Assembly (NCBI GenBank): GCA_964414185.1 | Contig: CAYPVK010000004.1 | Location: 7,626 to 71,625, forward strand | From: an uncultured Lactobacillales bacterium | GTDB lineage: Bacteria > Pseudomonadota > Alphaproteobacteria > CAAHEQ01 > UBA3637 | Length of the DNA: 64,000 bases | Direction of reading: 5' to 3' | Shown here: piece by piece, positions 22,296 to 32,038 of the stretch | Position numbering within the stretch: the stretch's first letter is position 1 | How the letters are laid out: each line of letters opens with the position of its first letter | Position numbers and translations under genes: made by a program | Notes under the pieces: model-generated | What the model saw: the letters and a program-made list of their open reading frames with translations, nothing else | Database searches by the model: none | What the model was told of the DNA's origin: nothing

Positions 22296-23087
22296 ATGAA
22301 AATCATGTCTTGGAATGTTGCTTCGATTCGCGCACGGATGGGCGCCCTGGCTAAAGTTTTATCAACGTGGAATCCCGATATTGTCATGTTGCAGGAAATC
22401 AAAGCAACCGACGAACAATTCCCTTTTCCAGACATAAAAACGCTTGGGTATAATGCCTATATTGCGGGTCAAAAAGCATATAACGGCGTGGCGTTGTTAT
22501 CCAAAGAACCGTTGGACAACATTATAACCGCCCTACCCGGTTTTGAAGAAAACGGCGATATGCAAGCCCGTTTTATTGAAGGTCAATCGGCGGCAGGCGT
22601 TCGTTTGATTTGCGTTTATGTGCCCAACGGCAATCCGCCGATGAAAGACCCCACCGATACATCCAGATTAGCTTATAAGCTGAAATGGATGGCGGCGTTA
22701 ACGGCGCATGTCCAAGGATTGTTGAAAAACGGCATACCGGTTGTTTTAGGCGGGGATTTTAACGTCATTGAACGCGACGGCGATGTGTATAATCCCGAAG
22801 CTTATCGCGATAACGCGTTGATGGTTCCCGCCGTCCGAGCAAAGTTTGCCGATTTAAACAAATTGGCATTGCATAACGCTGTCCGTTCTTTGCATCCCGA
22901 AGACGGGCTGTATTCGTTTTGGGATTTTCAAATGGGTGCATGGCGACGCAACCATGGCATGTTGTTGGACCATTTGTTGGTATCGGATGGTTTAAAAGCG
23001 CGCATCGTTAATGCCGGCATTTTAAAAGAAGTGCGCGGATGGGAAAAAACATCCGACCACGTGCCGATTTGGTGTGAAATAAAGTAA
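22296..23087 (+). CDS. xthA: Exodeoxyribonuclease III
   Basis: 263 aa with the EEP nuclease motifs SWNV..., MLQEIK, GGDFNV and SDHVPIW. Confidence 0.92.
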   Translation: MKIMSWNVASIRARMGALAKVLSTWNPDIVMLQEIKATDEQFPFPDIKTLGYNAYIAGQKAYNGVALLSKEPLDNIITALPGFEENGDMQARFIEGQSAAGVRLICVYVPNGNPPMKDPTDTSRLAYKLKWMAALTAHVQGLLKNGIPVVLGGDFNVIERDGDVYNPEAYRDNALMVPAVRAKFADLNKLALHNAVRSLHPEDGLYSFWDFQMGAWRRNHGMLLDHLLVSDGLKARIVNAGILKEVRGWEKTSDHVPIWCEIK

Positions 23088-23092
23088 TATTT

Positions 23093-24289
23093 TTATTCTT
23101 TTCGTCCTGTCATAAAATTTTTAAGCGGCACCAAGGCAAATGAAAACAAAATCATAAAGATAACCATATTTGTCTGCAATGAATTTTGGTCTAAAATAAA
23201 TTTTGACAGAATCAGGCATATCGCACTTAAAAAACGTCCCCACATGGAATTAATCGATGCAAATGTAGCACGTTCGGATGAAGAAGATTTTTCATGAATA
23301 TGGGAAATGGCACTGATTAAAAAAGCGACTTGAAACCCGATCATCAAACAAATAAAAATCAACAGCGGCATGCTGACATATACATTTGTCGTACGGGTTA
23401 AAGCAACGGATGCGACAAACGACGCCATAAAACCGCCATAGGATAAATAACCTAAATTTTTTAAATTCAACAAACCGGCCAATTTATGGGCGAAATATGA
23501 CCCCGACGCGCGGGCCGAATGATTAATAAAAAACACGACACCGAACAAGAACACGGGGACAGAAGCCGCTTTCATTAACGGTTGCATGCTCCACATAAAA
23601 ATTTGATAAGCGGCGGTTAAAAAGCCCGAAAAAATCATTAAATTTTTCAAGTGGCGTTGATTGAACGATTTTTGAATGATGGCCGTCAAATCCCGACATC
23701 TTTGCCCGAGCGTATGGATTTGTTTTTGTGTTTTCGGCAATTCGGGCAGGAAAAACAAAAGCAATGTCGACACGGCTATATAAATCATCGTAATCAAAAT
23801 AACCGTTTTTGCCCCATATAAATCGAACACATAGGCACCCGCCAACGAAGAAATTGAAGTACCCAATGACACATAAAAATAAAGCCGTCCATAGCGTTTA
23901 AGCATTTTAACGGTCTTCCCGTTGATTTTAAGAAGTTCGTAAATATAAGAATCCGCCGTGCCGACAAAAGTCGAAATCACAACGGCGTAAAGGGCTTCCC
24001 CTAAAAAGATAATCCAATAGCTTGGGCAACAATACAAAAGGGCAAATCTTAAAAACAACAAAGCACCTGAAAAAATAAGGACTTTTTTCTTGGAACAAAT
24101 ATCGGCCATATACCCCGACGGCACATCCAGCAATAAACACAAAAGGGCACTTAAACCTTGCAGCAAAAAGAAATCCCCCACCGTAATGCCGTATTGTTGA
24201 TAAAATAAAAACAAAACGGGCAATAAGAATAAATGGCTGCGTAAAAATACGGAAAGATTTAATAATTTCAAAGAACCGGATAAGGACAT
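23093..24289 (-). CDS. MFS transporter
   Basis: 398 aa with about 12 hydrophobic helices. The loop VPSGYMADICSKKK resembles the MFS D-R/K-x-G-R-R/K loop. Confidence 0.8.
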   Translation of the reverse strand: MSLSGSLKLLNLSVFLRSHLFLLPVLFLFYQQYGITVGDFFLLQGLSALLCLLLDVPSGYMADICSKKKVLIFSGALLFLRFALLYCCPSYWIIFLGEALYAVVISTFVGTADSYIYELLKINGKTVKMLKRYGRLYFYVSLGTSISSLAGAYVFDLYGAKTVILITMIYIAVSTLLLFFLPELPKTQKQIHTLGQRCRDLTAIIQKSFNQRHLKNLMIFSGFLTAAYQIFMWSMQPLMKAASVPVFLFGVVFFINHSARASGSYFAHKLAGLLNLKNLGYLSYGGFMASFVASVALTRTTNVYVSMPLLIFICLMIGFQVAFLISAISHIHEKSSSSERATFASINSMWGRFLSAICLILSKFILDQNSLQTNMVIFMILFSFALVPLKNFMTGRKE

Positions 24290-24422
24290 ATTTCAAACCT
24301 TTACTAATAATAATTGAAATATAACCTAAATAAAACAAAATGTCCAATCAAAAAGAATAACTTGCTTTTATTTCGCACGTACCTATATGAAGCAAAGAAA
24401 ACATATGAAAAAGGGGGAAATA

Positions 24423-24977
24423 ATGGAAAAAAATATTCAAAAAACAAATTCGGGCGAAAAAACGGGCATGGATATTCCCGTCAGGATTAAAACGCAAGAA
24501 AACAATACGTTGCATTATACGCGCAATGATACGAACGAAAAAGTCAAAAAAGAAACAATTAAAACGCTTAACCATTTATTGGCCGAGTTTTTGGATTTGG
24601 CTTTGGCAACCAAGCAAGCGCATTGGAATATGCGCGGGCCGAACTTTATCGGTGTTCATGAAATGTTGGACCCGTTTAACGATAAATTGCTTGATTATTC
24701 CGATATGATTGCCGAACGTATCGTGCAATTAGGCGGCGTGGCCTATGGCACCAGCCAAATTATTCCGGGGGAAACGAATTTGGAACCGTATCCGACAAAT
24801 ATCGTCAGCGTAATGGACCATTTGAACGAATTGGCCAACCGTTATGCCGCATTGTCCAACAGCGTGCGTAAAGCCATTGATGAAGAATTGGCCGATGAAA
24901 GTTCAATCAATATTTTGGAAGATGCATCGGATGATTTGGATAAATACTTGTGGTTTATCGAAGCGCATTTCGGATAA
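24423..24977 (+). CDS. dps: Dps-family DNA-protection/ferritin-like protein
   Basis: LNHLLAEFLDLALATKQAHWNMRGPNFIGVHEMLD is the Dps ferroxidase region. Start chosen at ATG 24423, behind the GGGGGAAA RBS. Confidence 0.88.
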   Translation: MEKNIQKTNSGEKTGMDIPVRIKTQENNTLHYTRNDTNEKVKKETIKTLNHLLAEFLDLALATKQAHWNMRGPNFIGVHEMLDPFNDKLLDYSDMIAERIVQLGGVAYGTSQIIPGETNLEPYPTNIVSVMDHLNELANRYAALSNSVRKAIDEELADESSINILEDASDDLDKYLWFIEAHFG

Positions 24978-25026
24978 AAATTAAAAAATGTCTCCTTTAA
25001 TACGAAGGGGACATTTGTTTTAAAAA

Positions 25027-25779
25027 TTATTTTTCAAGATGCATTTCAAACCATGCATATGTGTTTTCGCATAAGGCATGGCGCGCGTCGGGCTCCGAAA
25101 AATTATGGTCGGTTTCATACGCTTTAATTTCATGATACGGGATATAATCGCCGTATTTGCTGTTGCGTTTAAAATTAAAATTCGTCAAATTAATTTGAAC
25201 GGGACACGCAATTTTTTTAGCCGCCGCACCGACCGTTTCTTCCGTCAACGCCAACCCTTCTTGAACAATCGCCTGCCCCACTTTGTGATATTGTCCGTCA
25301 TTCCAATCTAAATACAGCACGTCATCTTTTTTTACCAAAGCACTTGAACGAAACGCATTGGGCAAAAATGTGGCATCCCACAGGCTCATGGCCGAGGCCG
25401 GCAATGCCGATAAAGCAATCGTTAAGCCCCCATAGCTGTGCCCGACCAAAAAAATGTTCTCATATTTATCTTTAAAATGGGCAAAAACGTCTTGCACGTC
25501 TGCAATATGGCGTTTTAATGTGACACCGTCATACAAAGCACGCGGGCGGCAATGGTCTTTAATTTCATCCGAATACAGGTTGATTAAAAAGCAATCATAC
25601 CCTTTGTCAAAGAAAAATTCTTGCCCGCGTTTGCAAATGCCTTGCATATAATTTGCCGTCAGCCCGTGAACGAAAATAACCAACTTTTTGCCGTTATTCG
25701 GATAAAAAGTTCCGTGAACGGTCATACCGTCGCGCGCTTTGATTTTTAAATTTTCGGATATTTTTTTAAATTGGTGCAT
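25027..25779 (-). CDS. Alpha/beta-fold hydrolase
   Basis: 250 aa with a GHSYGG nucleophile elbow and FVHGL oxyanion region. Confidence 0.75.
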   Translation of the reverse strand: MHQFKKISENLKIKARDGMTVHGTFYPNNGKKLVIFVHGLTANYMQGICKRGQEFFFDKGYDCFLINLYSDEIKDHCRPRALYDGVTLKRHIADVQDVFAHFKDKYENIFLVGHSYGGLTIALSALPASAMSLWDATFLPNAFRSSALVKKDDVLYLDWNDGQYHKVGQAIVQEGLALTEETVGAAAKKIACPVQINLTNFNFKRNSKYGDYIPYHEIKAYETDHNFSEPDARHALCENTYAWFEMHLEK

Positions 25780-26728
25780 TATTGTTCCCTCTGTATTTTA
25801 AAATACCGTTCAAACATTTAACAGATATAATCCTAAAACCTTTATCAAGCAAGTAAAAACAAATTCCGACAGAAATACAAACAATCGTGTTAGCACAGCA
25901 TGTTATCGCCGTGCCGTTAAATTCAAAATTGAAAAATGTATAGTAACATGTTTGTACAAGAAAAATATGATAAGAGGATTTCCCTATCAGTTGCGGCAAC
26001 CGATAAATTTTTAATTTCGCATTTAACTTCAATGTCGCCCATACAATCGGCGCAACATATAACACAACGGGCATCGAAGATGTTTTCCAATCATAGAACA
26101 GCGGGATTTTAAAAGATGTATAATTCATTATCCAAATAAAAATGATACCGCAGACGAACATTTTTCTTATTGTTTTTGATTCAACATGACATTGCGCCAA
26201 CCATATACCCGCCGTTACAAAACAAATATAGCAAAAAAACATCAAGCGGTAAAAACCTGCGGGCATATCGGATTTAACGGCGGCATATTCCAAAATTAAC
26301 TGAATGACCGATAACAATATCCAACCCTTCCATGCATCGGATTTAAAGTTTTTCATCGTCATTAATATAAAGGGGAATATAATCAAAAATTGCATTAAAA
26401 CAGGCACATAGTAATTGCCCGGGCCGTAAACGCCGCCCGTCATAAAAAGAAAAACGGCATTGTGAATAATTTTAAATCCCGCAAAATATTTTAAAATCAA
26501 AATTTCAACCCCGAAAAAAACAATGTAAGGGATAAAAAATCTTAAAAATTTCGGGATAAAAAAGGCCCGCGAAAAATAATCCGATACCGTGCGAATATGG
26601 TTCTTTTGAACAGAAAGCGAAAATACGTATCCCGAAATAATCATAAAAATGGGCACGGCCGTATCCAACCAATACGGTGAAAAATACACATCTTTGACGT
26701 GTTTAAACGTAGCCGAATGAGAAATCAT
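25766..26728 (-). CDS. Acyltransferase family 3 membrane protein (N-terminus apparently displaced by a frameshift; see findings)
   Basis: 320 aa, polytopic. The conserved N-terminal segment is encoded in another frame immediately upstream (26790..26728, MLFKNIIALDYLLKPFALYL*). Confidence 0.7.
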   Translation of the reverse strand: MISHSATFKHVKDVYFSPYWLDTAVPIFMIISGYVFSLSVQKNHIRTVSDYFSRAFFIPKFLRFFIPYIVFFGVEILILKYFAGFKIIHNAVFLFMTGGVYGPGNYYVPVLMQFLIIFPFILMTMKNFKSDAWKGWILLSVIQLILEYAAVKSDMPAGFYRLMFFCYICFVTAGIWLAQCHVESKTIRKMFVCGIIFIWIMNYTSFKIPLFYDWKTSSMPVVLYVAPIVWATLKLNAKLKIYRLPQLIGKSSYHIFLVQTCYYTFFNFEFNGTAITCCANTIVCISVGICFYLLDKGFRIISVKCLNGILKYRGNNNAPI

Positions 26729-26967
26729 TACAAATATAACGCAAACGGCTTTAAGAGATAATCTAAAGCAATAATATTTTTAAAAAGCATGTTCAAAGAC
26801 GGAACCATTTTTTATTATCAATATTTGAATTGTAAATGTATAACGATTGTCTTGTCAAATATTTTTTCTTTATTTCCAATCTTTCCGCATTTTAAAAATA
26901 TATGTGTTGACAGTTTTTTTGAGTATGTTAAAATGCGGCAAAATCATTTGATAGAAAGGAGAAGCTC

Positions 26968-28164
26968 ATGTCAAATTCCGAATTTTTAAAATCCATACAA
27001 AACAAAATCGATGATGTTAAACGTGCCGGTTTATACAAAGCCGAACGAATCATTGTCGGGCAACAACAAGCCGGCATTGAATTAACGGACGGGTCACGTG
27101 TATTGAATTTTTGCGCGAACAATTACTTGGGGTTAGCCAACAATCCCGAATTGATTGAAACGGCGGCACGGGCCGTACACGAATACGGATACGGCATGGC
27201 TTCGGTGCGTTTCATTTGCGGGACTCAAGATATTCATAAAAAATTGGAAAAAACCATCAGTGATTTTTTGGGAACGGAAGACACGATTTTATATTCGTCT
27301 TGCTTTGATGCGAATGGCGGATTGTTTGAAACGTTGTTGGAACCGCAAGATGCCATTATTTCCGATGCGTTAAACCATGCTTCCATTATTGACGGGGTCA
27401 GGTTATGCAAAGCAAAGCGGTATCGTTATGCCAACAATGATATGGTTGAACTTGAAAAATGTTTGCAACAAGCCGATGCTGACGGTGCTCGTTATAAATT
27501 AATCGCTACGGACGGCGTATTTTCAATGGACGGCGTCATTGCCGATTTAAAATCCATTTGTGATTTGGCCGACAAATATAATGCCATTGTCATGGTTGAT
27601 GACAGCCATGCCGTCGGTTTCGTGGGTGATAACGGCCGCGGCACGCCCGAATATTGCGGTGTTGAAGGCCGTGTTGACATTATCACGGGCACTCTCGGCA
27701 AAGCTTTGGGCGGCGCGTCGGGCGGCTATACATCGGGGCGAAAAGAATTGATAGAATGGTTGCGCCAACGTTCTCGCCCGTACTTATTTTCCAACACGTT
27801 GGCTCCCGTCATTGCCGCAACATCCGTCAAAGTATTCGAAATGTTATCAAAAGGCGGCGAATTGCGCCAAAAATTAAAAGAAAATGCGGCTTATTTCCGT
27901 TCCGAAATGGAAAAACGCGGTTTTACATTGGCCGGACGCGGGCATGCGATTATCCCCGTTATGATCGGCGATGCCAAAATTGCGGGCGAAATGGCCGATA
28001 AAATGTTGCAAAAAGGCATTTACGTAACCGCTTTTTCTTATCCCGTCGTACCACAAAACCAAGCGCGAATCCGTACGCAAATGTCAGCGGCGCATTCCAA
28101 AGCCGATATTGACAAATTGGTAAATGCCTTTGAAGAAATCGGGAAAGAAACGGGTTTAATTTAA
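26968..28164 (+). CDS. kbl: 2-amino-3-ketobutyrate CoA ligase (glycine C-acetyltransferase)
   Basis: 398 aa. Long stretches match E. coli Kbl as I recall it ([86 protein letters not shown]). Confidence 0.95.
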   Translation: MSNSEFLKSIQNKIDDVKRAGLYKAERIIVGQQQAGIELTDGSRVLNFCANNYLGLANNPELIETAARAVHEYGYGMASVRFICGTQDIHKKLEKTISDFLGTEDTILYSSCFDANGGLFETLLEPQDAIISDALNHASIIDGVRLCKAKRYRYANNDMVELEKCLQQADADGARYKLIATDGVFSMDGVIADLKSICDLADKYNAIVMVDDSHAVGFVGDNGRGTPEYCGVEGRVDIITGTLGKALGGASGGYTSGRKELIEWLRQRSRPYLFSNTLAPVIAATSVKVFEMLSKGGELRQKLKENAAYFRSEMEKRGFTLAGRGHAIIPVMIGDAKIAGEMADKMLQKGIYVTAFSYPVVPQNQARIRTQMSAAHSKADIDKLVNAFEEIGKETGLI

Positions 28165-28180
28165 ATACAACCGTCGATAA

Positions 28181-28210
28181 AAAACCGCTCGGATTTGAGC
28201 GGTTTTTTTT
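28181..28210. terminator. Shared hairpin terminator between convergent kbl and the chorismate mutase gene
   Basis: AAAACCGCTC-ggattt-GAGCGGTTTTTTTT, with A-run and T-run flanks on both sides. Confidence 0.7.
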
Positions 28211-28239
28211 CATAATTGCGGTATCTGTTTTTGAATTGT

Positions 28240-28512
28240 TTATTCTTGAATTGCGCGAGATTCTTTAAAAATAGTGCGATAGACTTCTTCAATCGGAGCG
28301 TGCAACGATGTCAGCGGACAACCGTTTTTGACTTTTTTTAAAATTTCCTCTTCGCGATCGGGGGCGGCAACAGGTAATTTGTTTTGCTTTTTATAGGAAC
28401 CTATTTGCGCACTGACCAAAAAGCGTTGTATCAATAAATCCGTGATTTGCGAATCCAATTGGTCAATACGTGTACGAAACTTTTCAATATTCTGCGGCAT
28501 TTTATGCTCCAT
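28240..28512 (-). CDS. Chorismate mutase (small AroQ type)
   Basis: 90 aa. RTRIDQLDSQITDLLIQRFLVSAQIGSYKKQNKLPVAAPDREEEIL is the AroQ helix pattern. Confidence 0.8.
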   Translation of the reverse strand: MEHKMPQNIEKFRTRIDQLDSQITDLLIQRFLVSAQIGSYKKQNKLPVAAPDREEEILKKVKNGCPLTSLHAPIEEVYRTIFKESRAIQE

Positions 28513-28825
28513 GAAAAAATATTAAATCGATAAAATTTTACCATTTTCCCAAGTATATCCCAAAAAAATATAATTCTTTCGAGACTAAACGCATTTGAAA
28601 ATAATCCGATGACAAACATTTGTCAAGGGGACATTTTTTAACCCATTGAGAATTTTGGAATTATTTTTTTCAAAATTTAACTTTGATTCCTCGAAAATCA
28701 GCAATTTTGCAAACTTGCGCCATTTAAGGGTCACCCCTTTGAGCTCCCCCGTTTTTTTGAACGGGTCATGCCGTTTAAGTTAGCCCGAAACAAAAAATAA
28801 TCATACAAGTATTTTCAACATATAT

Positions 28826-28872
28826 AAAATCGGGAATAAATCCCGATTTTATATATGGTAGGCGATGGGAGG
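28826..28872 (-). repeat. Displaced duplicate of the tRNA-Lys 3' end (17 nt) plus its downstream hairpin; a possible att-site scar
   Basis: The 47 bp at 28826..28872 are identical to 28968..29014 (offset 142 bp). The copy contains CCTCCCATCGCCTACCA (minus sense) but no other part of the tRNA. Confidence 0.85.
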
Positions 28873-28997
28873 TTGTAAATCGGCTTACGGACGTCTTTCG
28901 CTGCGAACACAATGCGTTCTTGCTCACCGAACTCGAGGGGAGTTCTCGCCATCCATCTGACCATAAAAAAATCGGGAATAAATCCCGATTTTATATA

Positions 28998-29073
28998 TGG
29001 TAGGCGATGGGAGGCTCGAACTCCCGGCCCACTGATTAAGAGTCAGTTGCTCTACCAACTGAGCTAATCGCCC
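28998..29073 (-). tRNA. tRNA-Lys (anticodon CUU)
   Basis: The minus strand gives GGGCGAT-TA-GCTC-AGTTGGTA-GAGC-A-ACTGA-CTCTTAA-TCAGT-GGGCC-GGGAG-TTCGAGC-CTCCC-ATCGCCT-A-CCA. This is a 76-nt cloverleaf with an encoded CCA. Confidence 0.93.
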
Positions 29074-29188
29074 ATATGCGGAAAATTATAAATCATTTTC
29101 TTTATTTTTGCAAGATTTTTATGTATCGTGATAAAAAAAATTTTCGGGGAGCAAAAAAACATTCCGTCCCCGAAAATAAATATACCCT

Positions 29189-30577
29189 TTACGGCACATC
29201 GACCGCATCGGGACGGTAAGGCAAATTCTTTTTAAAATGTCGCGGACAACGGCCGTCGTGGTATTTGCGAATGATTACGTAATAACCGACCATCACGACG
29301 GCACACGCGGCTATCCACGAAATCGGCCCGTTATAAACAAGACCGATAAAACCGTATTCAGAACCTAAATATTCGGCGGCAAAAACACGTGTGAACAATT
29401 CGGCGACACAGGCAATAAACGGCAATGCCGCATAGCCCATACCTTGTTCGGTTTGGCGGTAAATAAAAATCTGCCCCAAAATCGGATAAAACAATGTTGT
29501 GATTTGCAAATAAACTTCGGCCGTCGCGATAACTTTCGCAGTGGCACCCTTCATCATCAAAGCCGCCAATTCGCCGCCCCATAAAAACACGATTAATGCC
29601 AAAAAGATACTTATCCCCAAGGAAAGCATTGAACAAACATAAACGCCTTTGCGGATACGGGATATTTTTTTAGCACCGAAATTTTGTGCCGAATATGTTG
29701 CCAACGCAATGCCGAGCGAAATCATCGGGACGAAGAAAATTGCTTCAATACGCGATGCAGCGGTAAAACCTGCGATAATATCCGCGCCCATCGCATTAGC
29801 CGCGCGTTGGACAATCACGACACCGATGCTGAGAATAAAAAATTGCAATCCCATCGGAACGGACAAGCGCAAGTGGTCTTTGATGTCTTCTTTACTGATT
29901 TTCCAAGAAGCTTTTTTAAGGCGCAAAATGGGGAATTTAAACCACAGCCAAAAACCGCAAATGACGGCCGAAATAACTTGCGCGACAATAGTGCCCAGCG
30001 CAGAACCGGCAACGCCCATACCGACAAACGAGATAAAGAAAAAATTCAAAATAATATTTAAAAACAAAGCGAAAATCAAAAAATACAGCGGCGTTTTGCT
30101 GTCACCCAACGCGCGCATGATGCTGGATAAATAGTTATAAAAAACCGTTGCGGTCAATCCCCAGCCGATTAAGGTAATAAAGGCTGTCGATTCCGGCATT
30201 AATTCGGGCGGAATGTTCATTAACGTCAAAACGTACGGCACATCCATAACCAATAAAGTTGTGGCCATAACGCTCATCAACACGCATAAAATCAATCCCG
30301 TCGCGAATGAGCGGCGCACGCCGTCTTCATCGGTTGAACCGAACCGTTGGGCCGTTATAATGGTCAAGCCGTTTGAAAAGCCGATAATCAAAGAAATCAT
30401 CACGACAAAAACAACCATAATGGCGCCGACCGCCGCAACCGAACGGATACCGAGCAAATGGCCGATTAAAACAATATCCGAAATGGCATACAGCTGTTGA
30501 AAAAACATACCGATTAAAATAGGCAACACGAAAACCAAAATCAGTTTCAGCGGATTGCCGACCGTCATATTAAGCAT
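29189..30577 (-). CDS. MATE-family efflux transporter
   Basis: 462 aa, 12 TM helices, with the N-terminal pattern NPLKLILVFVLPILIGMFFQQLYAISDIVLIGHLLG typical of MATE. Confidence 0.88.
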   Translation of the reverse strand: MLNMTVGNPLKLILVFVLPILIGMFFQQLYAISDIVLIGHLLGIRSVAAVGAIMVVFVVMISLIIGFSNGLTIITAQRFGSTDEDGVRRSFATGLILCVLMSVMATTLLVMDVPYVLTLMNIPPELMPESTAFITLIGWGLTATVFYNYLSSIMRALGDSKTPLYFLIFALFLNIILNFFFISFVGMGVAGSALGTIVAQVISAVICGFWLWFKFPILRLKKASWKISKEDIKDHLRLSVPMGLQFFILSIGVVIVQRAANAMGADIIAGFTAASRIEAIFFVPMISLGIALATYSAQNFGAKKISRIRKGVYVCSMLSLGISIFLALIVFLWGGELAALMMKGATAKVIATAEVYLQITTLFYPILGQIFIYRQTEQGMGYAALPFIACVAELFTRVFAAEYLGSEYGFIGLVYNGPISWIAACAVVMVGYYVIIRKYHDGRCPRHFKKNLPYRPDAVDVP

Positions 30578-30751
30578 TTAAAAATCCCCTTCGAAAACAG
30601 AGGAGATATTACCACCGCCCCCAAAAACAATCAAGCGAAATATTCTTAAAAAAATAAGACATTTTTATGACAAAATCAACCTTGTTCCAATCGGAAACAT
30701 CGGTTGTTTCAAAAACTTTTTATGAATATCCGAAAACTTTTCAAAAAAGCT

Positions 30752-31822
30752 TTATAACCTGAATTCAACGGAAGCAATACCGAAAAAACCGTTGCTGTCC
30801 GCGCCTTGGTCTGTGTCAAATTCCATATACCCCGTTGACAATACGCCGTATATGTATTGATTGAACCGATACCGGCCCGATAACATTGCATGGTGGCGGT
30901 TGTTTTTGACAATATGTTTTGTTTTGGAATACAAATATCCCAAAGACACGCCGTACGGGTCTTTTTCATATGCGATACCCGTTGAACAGACATAGGTATC
31001 GGCTATGTCCAATTTGTCTTGAAACATAATTTGTTTATAGGCCGCGCCCCAGCTGTAACCGTTTTTTGACAAATTAATACCGGTTGAAATTTCACTGTGA
31101 TGCCCATCTTTTTCGGTATTTTGATAGAAAAACCTATCATCGTGGTAATAAGCGTAAGCCGCAGACAAACCGACTTTCACAACATCAAAATCGTGGATGA
31201 ATCGGGCGGATGTGATGACGCCTTTGCCATGGTCGATTTTGACGCCCGGCGAAACGGAATCGTATTTTTTATCGTCCGATTGTACCGCGGTAATACCCCA
31301 TTTAAATCCGTTTAAATCAGGTGTCGTATAGGTAATTTTTGTATCGCGCGCATCCGTGTACATATAGGTTAAAATCGGCGAATAAAACCCTTTGGGCGAC
31401 GGGTAAAACAGGTAAATATCACTGTCTTCCACACATAAAATACTGACATCCGTCGGCCCTTGGTGCAGCAAATAGCCGATGTTTTTTAAATTCCCCACGT
31501 CAATTTTACCGAATTTTTTGGATTCAACCGTCGCATAGGCATCGTAAAATTTATGGCGATTTGAAGACGAATATCTGTCATCCCAAATGATACGGTAAGC
31601 CAATTTACCCCCGATTGACAAATCATCGTTGATGTTAAATTTAAGTTTGACAAACGGTTCGGTTTTTATCGCATTATTGTATTGAAGGCTTTCGACTTTG
31701 CCGGTAAAAAAACGCGCATATCCGCCGATTGAAACTTTTAAACGGTCATCGGGATTAAGTGTATAATCGGCATAAGCGGGAAACGATAACAACAATAAAA
31801 GCAAGAGGTATTTGTATTTCAT
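30752..31822 (-). CDS. Outer-membrane porin-like beta-barrel protein
   Basis: Signal peptide MKYKYLLLLLLLSFPAYA. Amphipathic beta-strand pattern rich in Y/G/D. Confidence 0.6.
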   Translation of the reverse strand: MKYKYLLLLLLLSFPAYADYTLNPDDRLKVSIGGYARFFTGKVESLQYNNAIKTEPFVKLKFNINDDLSIGGKLAYRIIWDDRYSSSNRHKFYDAYATVESKKFGKIDVGNLKNIGYLLHQGPTDVSILCVEDSDIYLFYPSPKGFYSPILTYMYTDARDTKITYTTPDLNGFKWGITAVQSDDKKYDSVSPGVKIDHGKGVITSARFIHDFDVVKVGLSAAYAYYHDDRFFYQNTEKDGHHSEISTGINLSKNGYSWGAAYKQIMFQDKLDIADTYVCSTGIAYEKDPYGVSLGYLYSKTKHIVKNNRHHAMLSGRYRFNQYIYGVLSTGYMEFDTDQGADSNGFFGIASVEFRL

Positions 31823-32038
31823 TGAGCCTCATATCTGAAAGGGGCAAATGCCGCAAATGTTTGAATATGACTGTATGAAACGAATGTATATGATTTTTTT
31901 TGATTTGGCAAGGTTGTATTTGTATACTTTTTATGCTAATTATAAAAAAATTGTTAAAGCAAAGTCGCGGTTTAAAAACCCACGGCAAGAGAGGAAAACC
32001 TTCCTTTAAATAGGGCAGCCGTTTTTTAAGGAGAATTT

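Noticed and set aside
28873-28967. The 95-bp spacer between the tRNA-Lys 3'-end copies as a possible two-piece tmRNA acceptor piece or a tRNA pseudogene
   Set aside because: Apart from the shared 17-nt 3' end there is no T-arm (no GGxxxTTCGAxxCC pairing), D-arm or anticodon stem. I also could not find a tag-like reading frame nearby.
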